Assembly (NCBI GenBank): GCA_038087875.1
Contig: CM075989.1
Coordinates: 18,912,001 to 18,972,000 of the forward strand
Direction: 5' to 3'
DNA: 60,000 bases
Origin: Malacoraja senta
Lineage: Eukaryota
The notes under the pieces were generated by a model. That model saw only the letters and a list, made by a program, of their open reading frames with translations. It was not told where the DNA came from and ran no database searches. The position numbers were made by a program, and so were the translations under genes. Positions 50,967 to 60,000 of the stretch are shown here, piece by piece. How positions within the stretch are numbered: position 1 is the first letter of the stretch; every line of letters begins with the position of its first letter.

Positions 50967-53900
50967 GGAGGGGGAGGGGGGGAGGGAAAGAGGTGAAATG
51001 CAAGGAAAGGCAGAGGAGAGTGTATGTAGAAGTTATCTAAACTTAGAAAATTCAACGTTCATACTGCTATGTTGTAACCACTCTTTTAAATGTGGCTATC
51101 ATACCTGCCTCAACTACCTCCTCTGGCAGCTCGTTCCATAAACCCACCACCCTCTGTGTTTCCCTCAGGTTCCTATCAAATCTTTCCACTCTCACCTGAA
51201 ACCCATGTCCTCTGGTTCTTGATATCAATCTAATCCTTTCCTATTAGGAGTGTGATTGTCCTTGAAATGGTACAAGCAAGGAAGAAAGGTTATGGAAGTT
51301 AGACATTTCTAAGATTATTTGACTAGGATTGATACAACCACGAAGAGAACTCTTAAAGATGATTCAGACAAATTGTTCAAGGATTAAAACAAAATGAAAA
51401 TCAAACAGAAATTCCCACCTGGAGAAGCATTGCTGGAGACGTTAACTTGATTAGTACGGGTGTCAGGGAGAAGGCAGGAGAATCGGGTTAAGAGGTAAAG
51501 ATAGATCAGCCATGATTGAATGGTGGAGTAGACTTGATGGGCCGAATGGCCTAATTCTGCTCCTGTCACTTCTGAACATGAACAAGGTAACCATTAAAAG
51601 ATGTTTAGGAAAGAGGATTAAGAAGCAACAAAATAGGTGTCTTGAATGAGTGTCAATGCTATAAGTTCCGTTTTGGTACTTACCAATTGTACTGTTTTAC
51701 AGGATTCTTAAATAACGTTTTTCTGCCACTGGATCTGTAATAGGATCTTAAATATTTCCTGTGCTGAATTCATCATCTTTCATTGCATTTGGCCCAACGC
51801 CATTCTACATGTCCAGGCAGACACTGGAATATCCTCTGTCAGAATCGCTTCAAGTGTACAAACACTGAATGTATAATACACTAGTCAACTACATACGATA
51901 AAAATACGAGACCCCAACTACATACGATAAAAAAACTTGCATTCCTGCGAAGCAACCTACTCATGTTATATAATAGGTCATCCCAGCAACCAATTCTAGA
52001 AAATGTAGATGCAAAAGAACTGCAATGCTGGTTTACAAAAAAAGACACAAAGTGCTGGAGTAACTCAGCGGGTCAGGCAGCATCTCTGGAGAATATTCAC
52101 AGGTGTCGTTTCGGGTCGGGACCCTTCTTCGGACTGAAGAGGGTTCCCGAACCGAAACATCACCTGAGCATGTTCTCCAGAGACGCTGCCTGATCCACTG
52201 AGTTACTCCAGCACTTTGTGTCTTTAATTCTAGAAATGTTGCACGGAAATCCTTTATTTCAGGATCCTGGGTCATGTTGAATCTCAAGCACCGTGGAGTG
52301 TTCAAACAAAGGGGAACGAGCCTTTCTCTTCATTCTCCAGACACAAGGCCTGAATAAGCAGACTTTGTACATTCAACATCACGATTAAATGGCAAGAAGC
52401 ACAGGCAGCACAAAGCCTGTGGGCAGTTGGAGAGAAGACAGAAATTGGGTTCTTTACAAAATGAGTTCGACACACACACGGGTGGAGGCGGCTGCAGGGG
52501 GCCCTACTGCAGCCGGGCGAGAGGATCAAGCGCAGCCTGCAGCAGCTGCATGGAGAGGCGGTGGAAGGAGCAGACACCATCGCGCTGGGCCAGGCCCACC
52601 CCTACTTCATAGATCCAGTGTCGCCACGACACCGGGCCTCAAAGTGAGAAAATTTTAAAAATGCATATCTCATTGGGCCAAGTTTGGAATTGTCACGAGA
52701 CTTAGAGGTTGCAAGATGGCGTCGGAACGTGGCGACTCTCTGCGTGCTGTTCCAGAAGAGGATCTATTGTACTCACATTTAGTGTGATTTGACTCAATCG
52801 CATGCAGAATAAGTATCTCTGTACACCTGACAATAAATAAACCACTGAACCATTAAAACATGGGATTTATTTGGCATTTCTTGCTGCGCAGCGAATGTTT
52901 ATGGGCTTCCCTTCAGAGTGCCACAGACTTTGTTCTCCCATAACTGCATAATATAGGAACGCCAGGAAGTAACCAGTGATAATGCACTCACCTTTAACAA
53001 ATATACCTCCTCCTTAATTCTCAATGGGTTACAAGGAACTTTGTTTTGTTTCTAGGAAAGGTTTGAAGGGATATGGATGAGCCAAATGCAGGCAGGTGGG
53101 ACTGGCGTAGACGGGGCATCTTAGTCGGCATGGATAGGTTGGGATGAATGGCCTGTTTCTGTGCTGTATGATTCTTTGACCTCTCCACGTGCATCAATAT
53201 TACTGCACTAAAATCTGCCTTTTTGGGCGGTGAACACTGTGGCAAATATAGCCCACAGCAAACAAAGTGCAGCAAGCTGAAAGCAAGGTCTCTGAATTCC
53301 CAAGAAGACATCACAGCCAATACACTGATACATTTTAGAATTTCATCATTTAAATAGCAATTATGAAAGCTACTTTGAAAAAAAAAACCTCATAAAAGGC
53401 AATTGCATATCAGACAAAGCACTGAATACTTGACATTAAAAATGCAAATGTTATGTAATACATTCGACTTGAAAGCAATTGCAAGTATAAAAGGGAAACA
53501 AATGATCTGATCGAGTGAGTGGGTGAGAGCACAGCGGATGAAATAATTGGAAAATTGTGAGGCCAGACACGTACAACGCCCAACGGAAACGCACAGTTTC
53601 TTCAATGGTCTGATGTCGAGCTGATAAAGCCATGGAAAGACACAAAGTGCTGGAGTAACTCAGCGGGTCAGGCAGCATGTCTGGAGAGCATGGATAAGTG
53701 ACGTTTCAGGTCGGGACCCTTCTTCAGACTGATTGTAGGGCGGGCAAAGAAAGCGGGGAGAGAGGAGAGGCAGGACCAAGTGTGGCAGGTGAAAGGCAGA
53801 CACACATCCATGTTCTCCAGAGATGCTGCCTGACCTGCTGAGTTACTCCAGCACTTTGTGTATTAACAGGCATCTGCAGTTCTTTTTTTTCTAGGATACC

Positions 53901-54367
53901 AGGAATTGTTGAATTCAGTAGTAAATCATGAAGGCAGTACATTCATTTTTTTTGGATATCTCAAGCAAGAATCCATTCCTCATCCCCAATTGCCCTTGAA
54001 GTGCACACCTTTCTGAGGAACCCCCTCCTCCCCCCCCCCAACATCGTCCCCTTTCTCCCCCACCCTTCCCTTTCTTCTAGTACCCATCCACTGACACTAT
54101 CCTGCACACTAGGGACAATTTACAATTACCCTACAAACCTGTACGTATTTGGAATGTGGGAGGCAACCGGGAACACCCAGAGAAAACCCACACAGTCACA
54201 GAGAGAACGTACAAACTCTGTATAAGCTCGTAGTCAGGATCGAACACGGGTCTCCGGCGCTGTAAAGCAGCAACTCTACTGCTGCGCCACCGTGCCGGCC
54301 ATACAATATAATTCAGATTCCCACGGCAGTCCTGAACTCAGATCTCTAAACTATTAATCCTGCACTT

Positions 54368-54421
54368 GGGGTGGGAGATTGCAACCATCACGTGGTCCGC
54401 CCTGTTTCGACAAATGCAATC
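54368..54421 (+). ncRNA. Predicted minimal HDV-like self-cleaving ribozyme
   Basis: Manual fold: P1 GGGGTGG/CCGCCCT with G1-U wobble, P2 GATTGCA/TGCAATC, P3 ACC/GGT, 7-nt L3 ATCACGT, P1.1 C54389-G54404, vestigial P4 TTTCGA, J4/2 CAAA with catalytic-position C54411. Confidence 0.8.
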
Positions 54422-54508
54422 AACCCGGTGTGCACAATCAAATAAGATCAAATAGAACAAGTTGTCCTACAACTTTAGGCTGTGCACGCCATAGACAAGA
54501 AGAAGAAG
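54368..54508 (+). mobile_element. 141-nt non-autonomous retroelement with ribozyme head and (GAA)n tail
   Basis: Flanked by a perfect 12-bp direct repeat aatcctgcactt (54356-54367, 54509-54520). Ends in catagacaagaagaagaag. Confidence 0.85.
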
Positions 54509-57111
54509 AATCCTGCACTTTGACTGCTGTGCCATCACCATGCACCTCCGTATTCATCACTTCCCACAACTTTCACCTCCGGGCAGATCAGGAACAATTA
54601 ACAAGTTGAACCACTATACAATTATATCAATTAGTCTTTCCTGATATATCCATCCTGTACTCTCTGTTCCCTTCACTCCTCTTCATTCTCTGCAACCTAA
54701 AACATGTTAAAACATAGAGTACAGCACAGGCCGCTCGGCCAACGATGTCAGTGTCGAACATGATGCCACGATAAACTAATCTCCTCTGCCTGCATGTGAT
54801 CCATATCCCTGCATTCCCTACACAACCATGTGCATATTTAAAAGCCTCTTAAATGCCACTATCTACCACCCCTGATAGCGCATTCCAGGCATCCACCACC
54901 CTCTGTGTACAAAAAACTGCCCCCCACATCTTTAACTTTTGCCCCTCTCATCTTAAAGCTATGCCCTACAATCTTTGACATTTCCACTGAGAAATAGGTT
55001 CTGACTACCAATGTTTGATTTCTAATTTTTCTCAGCTCTGATTAAGAAAAATGTCACCCACCCAAAACATCAATCCTGTTTCTCTCTCAACAGATGCTGC
55101 CCAACCTAATGTGTGCTTCTGACAAAATGTGTAGGATCTGCAGATTCTCGTTTAAACCAAAGACAGACACAAAAAGCTGGAGGAACTCGTCAGGTCAGGC
55201 ACCATCTCTGGAGGAAAGGAACAGGTGACGTTTCGGCTTGAGACCCTTCTTCAGACTCAGGGGAAAGGGAAATTAGTTTCACTGTTGTCCTGTTCAGTTT
55301 CAGTGCCTTTTTAACTCGTTAACACCTATCCCACAGCCAACAAAGGACCATTGTGAGCTCCATCTTTCCTTGATTATCATTGCTTTTATGCATATCTTCC
55401 ATTCATTTGTCTTATATCTCTCATTTCCCTTTCCCCGTGACTCACAGTCTGAAGAAGGGTCTTGACCCGAAATGTCACCTATTCCTTTTCTCCAGAGATG
55501 CTGCCTGGCCTGCTGAGTTACTCCAGCATTTTGCGTCTGCCGAATGTGTGCTTCTGGCATTTTCTGGGGTTTATTTGAGTCACATAATAAACATAGGTTT
55601 AATACTGTGCCCAAACTACTGTAGGTTCCAGGTATGCCGTGCTACCAGTCTAAAGGCAATAGAATCATTAATTCTATTTACAGAACTTTAAAATGCCTGT
55701 TGCCTGTTGCCACAGTGAGGCCTGTGACAAGTTGCCTTGCAACAATCGATAGACTCTAGCTGTGCAAAGCAACAGGACAGATGGCTGTGCAATGTTGTCA
55801 GGCCGGATCACGTAACTTGAAGCCATGGACCTCCAGCCTTGAGGTTTTCAGCACTTTGGTGCTGAAATCATATCAATGCAGCAATGGATAAATATGCAAG
55901 GCTTTCTCTTTCTTTAACCCATGGGTTAAGGCATGGGTTAAAGAAAGATAAAAAGGAAAAGAGTGGTAACAGTCAGACTAAAGTTAAAAGCATTTATGGT
56001 TCAGCTGCTGGTGGGGTGGCGATAGTGGTTAAGGTAAGGTGAAGAACTATTGAAAATTGCCAAGCTAATTCAAAAGACAGCTTACTAAACTGTGAGGCTG
56101 AAAAATTTCCAGAGGAGAATAAAAACCCACCCAGATCAATACTCAAGTTTACTCAAGTCTCATAATCCAAGTACATTCAGAAAAGATCTGGATAAATTCC
56201 GGAAAAAGGTAGCACTAGGTACAATTATTGTTAAAACAAAATTGAAATATTCAACAACTTTGGAAAGAAAGAATTTGGGCATTTAGTACCTTTGAATTCA
56301 GCAAACTAGACTATAGGTACATTGAATATATTGTCTACGTTTTTTCTCGCATTGTCACTTAAATCTGCAGCCATTGCCTTAAATCAAAGAGTCTTGCAGT
56401 CTTTTTGGACTAAGACATCAACCAAGAAATAGCAAAATCTGCACAGTAACAAATGCCATATCCCCAAACAAGATATTAAAAATATATTAATACTACATAG
56501 CTGTACATCCGTCTCAGCTTCCTGGCAACAGCTTCCTGGCATGCCATTAGTTGCTTTATGGTATCCATTCTATTCTCTGCCCTCACAATCCGGAACACTC
56601 ACTGAATGTTCCCGCAATAGCTTTAATCCTCTGTATGAAACGCTTTAGAATTAAATACAGGAAGCCCATGGAAAATTGGTATTAAAATTCCGCTGAAGAG
56701 TTTAAATATTTCAAATTATTTACGGCAAAAGACTGATTGAGGTAGCAATTTAGTTCATGATAGATGTACCCCACTTGAATTCATGCAAGAATTTAAGGCC
56801 TATGGTTTAATATTAGCAATACAAATAGGTTTTACAATAGAGAAACAAGGAACTGAGGATGTGGGATTATAAGAAAAGACACAAAGTTCTGCAATAACTC
56901 AGTGGGTCAGGCAGCATCTGTGGAGAAGATGAATAGGTGACGTTTCAGGTTGGGACCCTTCTGGCTGTGGTGGGGGAGGGGGATGAGGGGTGGAAAACTG
57001 GAAGGGAGAAGGGGCAGGACAAAACCTGGAAACCGAAACAAACTCAAAACCTCACCTATCCATGGTCTCCAAAGAAAAGTTTCTTTCGAAAAGTTAGTTA
57101 AGTAACAGTGA

Positions 57112-58215
57112 ACAGATTGGGGAGGGGAGGGGGATTAGATTGGGGAGGGGAGGTGGATCAGATTGGGGAGGGGGGTCAGATTGGGGAGGGGAGGGGGATC
57201 AGATTGGGGAGGGGGGATCAGATTGGGAGGGGGGGGTCAGATTGGGGAGGGGAGGTGGATCAGATTGGGGAGGGGGATCAGAGAGGGGAGGGGGGATCAG
57301 ATTGGGAGGGGGGATCAGATTGGGGAGGGGAGGGGGATCAGATTGGGGAGGGGGGGATCAGATTGGAGAGGGGAGGGGGATCAGATTGGGGAGGGGGGGT
57401 CAGATTGGAGAGGGGAGGGGGATCAGATTGGGGAGGGGGGTGTCAGATTGGGAGAGGGGAGGGGGATCAGATTGGGGAGGGGAGGGGATCAGATTGGGGA
57501 GGGGGGATCAGATTGGGGAGGGGGGGGGTCAGATTGGGGAGGGGGGGATCAGATTGGGGAGGGGGGATCAGATTGGGAGGGGGGATCAGATTGGGGAGGG
57601 GAGGGGGATCAGATTGGGGAGGGGGGGATCAGATTGGAGAGGGGAGGGGGATCAGATTGGGGAGGGGGGGTCAGATTGGAGAGGGGAGGGGGATCAGATT
57701 GGGGAGGGGGGTGTCAGATTGGAGAGGGGAGGGGGATCAGATTGGGGAGGGGAGGGGGATCAGATTGGGGGAGGGGGGATCAGATTGGGGAGGGGGGGGG
57801 TCAGATTGGGGAGGGGAGGTGGATCAGATTGGGGAGGGGGATCAGAGAGGGGAGGGGGATCAGATTGGGAGGGGGGGGTCAGATTGGGGAGGGGAGGGGG
57901 ATCAGATTGGGGAGGGGGGATCAGATTGGGGAGGGGAGGGGGATCAGATTGGGGAGGGGGGGATCAGATTGGGAGGGGGGGATCAGATTGGGAGGGGGAT
58001 CAGATTGGGGAGGGGAAGGGGTCAGATTGGAGAGGGGAGGGGATCAGATTGGGGAGGGGGGATCAGATTGGGAGGGGGGATCAGATTGGGGAGGGGAGGG
58101 GGATCAGATTGGGGAGGGGGGGATCAGATTGGGAGGGGGGGATCAGATTGGGGAGGGGAGGGGGTCAGATTGGAGAGGGGGCTCAGAGAGGGGAGGGGGA
58201 TCAGATTGGGGAGGT
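57112..58215 (+). repeat. G-rich minisatellite, core (A/G)TCAGATTGG + G2-4AG4-8, variable unit of about 17-24 nt
   Basis: Directly visible tandem array of roughly 50-60 units. Confidence 0.97.
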
Positions 58216-58319
58216 GGAAATTAGAAAGGGGGTGAGAGTGGGTAGAAGAGGGAGGGAGGGATGGGATGGGGGGGAGGGGGGGGTAGGGTACAAAAGGGGA
58301 TGTCGTGTCCAGTGTCTCC

Positions 58320-58780
58320 CCCACTGATCGGGCCTCGGGCCTCGGCCCCCCCCGGGCCTACCCGCGGCCGCAGCCCCGGACTCACTCACTCACTCACTCA
58401 CCGTGACCCCGTAGCGCAGGGCCAGGCCCCGCAGCGTGTCGCCGCCGCCCACCGGGTGCCGGACGTAGCGCTCGGCCAGGGGCGCGGGCACGCTCGCCGT
58501 GCTGCCGTACCAGCGCGCCTTGGTGCGGGCCAGGCTCTGCCACAACTCGGCCTCCTCCTGCTCCTCCGCCTCGGCCTCCTCCGCCGCTCCGGCCTGAGCC
58601 TGGGCCTGGGCCTCCCCCGGCAGCGCCTCGGCCATCGCCCTCTCCCCTCTCCCCTCTCCCCTCTCTGAAGACCGACCGACCGGCCTGAAGCTCCGAGTCT
58701 CCCCGCAGCAACAGCAACAACAGCCGCCGCCACTCCCCCCCACACACACTCTCACTCACAACCTCCGCCGCTCTGAGTCT
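58320..58780. promoter_or_regulatory. CpG island spanning LYSMD2 exon 1 and its promoter/5' UTR
   Basis: Very GC-rich with dense CpG, against a CpG-depleted background. Overlaps the start codon. Confidence 0.85.
58402..58635 (-). CDS. LYSMD2: LysM domain-containing protein 2, coding exon 1
   Basis: ATG at 58635 in a good Kozak context (gcgATGg). 78 codons, MAEALPGE...ELWQSLARTKARWYGSTASVPAPLAERYVRHPVGGGDTLRGLALRYGVT (N-terminal half of LysM). ACG|gtgagt donor, phase 0. Confidence 0.94.
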
Positions 58781-59581
58781 GAGCAGGATGCGGGAAGGTT
58801 GGCAACAAAACACGGCATGACCCCAGGAACAGCATCCAGTGGACGGGCCGAATGGCCCGCCTCTAGAATGGTGCAATCACCAAACTTTCAACAACTGACT
58901 CCCCCCCCCCCCCCCTGCACTTAAATTCAAAGCATTCCAGTATCTGCAATCTCTTTTTTCAATGTGATCCATTGTCTTTTTTGGTGTTTGTTGAATTTCT
59001 GCACTAGTTGGTCCTCAATTTAATTTAAATTTAGCCCTCAGATCAAATTTAAGATTCACACTTTTAAGTCAAATCTCTGGTTACAGGCTGAAACCAATAA
59101 GATTATCGAGAGCAGGCAGGTTGAAAACTGTGCAGGAAGGAACCGCAGATGCTAGTTAACACCGAAGACAGACACAAAGTGCTGGAGTAACTCAGCGGGA
59201 CAGGCAGCATCTCTGGGGAGGGGGAATGGGTGATGTTTTGGGTCGAGACCCTTCTTCAGACACTGTTAAAAACTGTGCTCCCCATGAACCCATTGGGTTA
59301 AAGTGACATCTGTTGACATCCCTGAAAATTGAGGGCTGGAATCTGTATCAGAGATCCCCAGTTTTCTCCTCCACTTCACACCGTGGGGGAAGATCTGACA
59401 GCTAACAAGAGCAGAAACTTTTAAAAAACGGTGGATCATGTGGAAATAAGAGATTGCAGATGCTGGAATCTTGAGCCCAAAACCAAATGCTGGTGTAAGT
59501 CAGTGAGTCAGGCAGCATCTGGGGAGGGAAATTGGCAGGCAATGTTTCGGGTTGGGACCCTTCTTCAGGCTGATGGAATCG

Positions 59582-59885
59582 TTCAGTTTAGTTTGGAGTT
59601 ACAGCGCGAAAACAGGCCCTTCGGTCCACCGAGTCCGCACCGACCAGCGATCCCCGCACACTAGCACCACTCTGCACACACGAAGGACAATTTTACATTT
59701 ATACCAAGCCAATTAACCTACCAACCTATACATCTTTGGAGTGTGGGAGGAAACCGAAGATCTCGGAGAAAGCCCACACAGGTCACAGGGAGAACAGACA
59801 AACTCCTTAGAGACCAGCACCGTGGTCAGGATCGAAGCCGGGTCTCTGGCGCTGCAAGGCAGTAGCTCTAACGCTACGATGCCAT
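59582..59885 (-). mobile_element. HE1/V-SINE-type element
   Basis: Reverse complement of the same SINE consensus. Further partial copies at about 6475-6632, 48020-48160, 49000-49068 and 54085-54296. Confidence 0.8.
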
Positions 59886-60000
59886 GCCAAGTATTGGGGA
59901 GAAAACTTCCAAGCAGGCATACATTTGAGGAAATTTTGTAGTGGACCTGTAAAATGAAACATGATTGAATGTGGTGACCCAGGAAACATCCAGATGCATA

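Noticed and set aside
57112..58215. CRISPR-like or telomeric array
   Set aside because: No unique spacers, no cas genes, eukaryotic context, and the unit is not TTAGGG.
57108..58327. Three 350-395 aa Gly-rich ORFs
   Set aside because: They arise because the G-rich minisatellite lacks stops in all three + frames. There is no real start codon context, and the region is inside LYSMD2 intron 1.
58780..60000. Start of the expected neighbouring gene TMOD2 (mammalian synteny)
   Set aside because: No tropomodulin-like exon is recognisable. The region is mostly Penelope and SINE repeats.

Overview
Eukaryotic, repeat-rich genomic DNA. The repeat content (HE1/V-type tRNA SINEs, CR1, Penelope) points to a cartilaginous fish, probably a skate or ray; the taxon is inferred. 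There are two convergent protein-coding genes: the last five coding exons of secretogranin III (SCG3, + strand, 434-21879) and a complete three-exon LYSMD2 (- strand, 58635-31325, 211 aa) with a CpG island at its 5' end. Most of the rest is transposon remnants: CR1, L1, Tx1, Rex1/Babar, Vingi-like and Penelope retroelements, SINEs and small DNA-transposon relics. Almost all ORFs in the supplied track are spurious or TE remnants. The most notable find is a 141-nt TSD-flanked element at 54368-54508. Its first 54 nt fold by hand into a complete minimal HDV-like self-cleaving ribozyme whose predicted cleavage site is exactly the insertion boundary. Its (GAA)n tail resembles that of a Vingi-like LINE fragment at 28215-28623. 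Also notable are many Penelope-derived hammerhead-like motifs and fold-back hairpins, and a 1.1-kb G-rich CCAAT/GGGGAGGGG minisatellite in LYSMD2 intron 1. All calls were made by eye, with no database searches.
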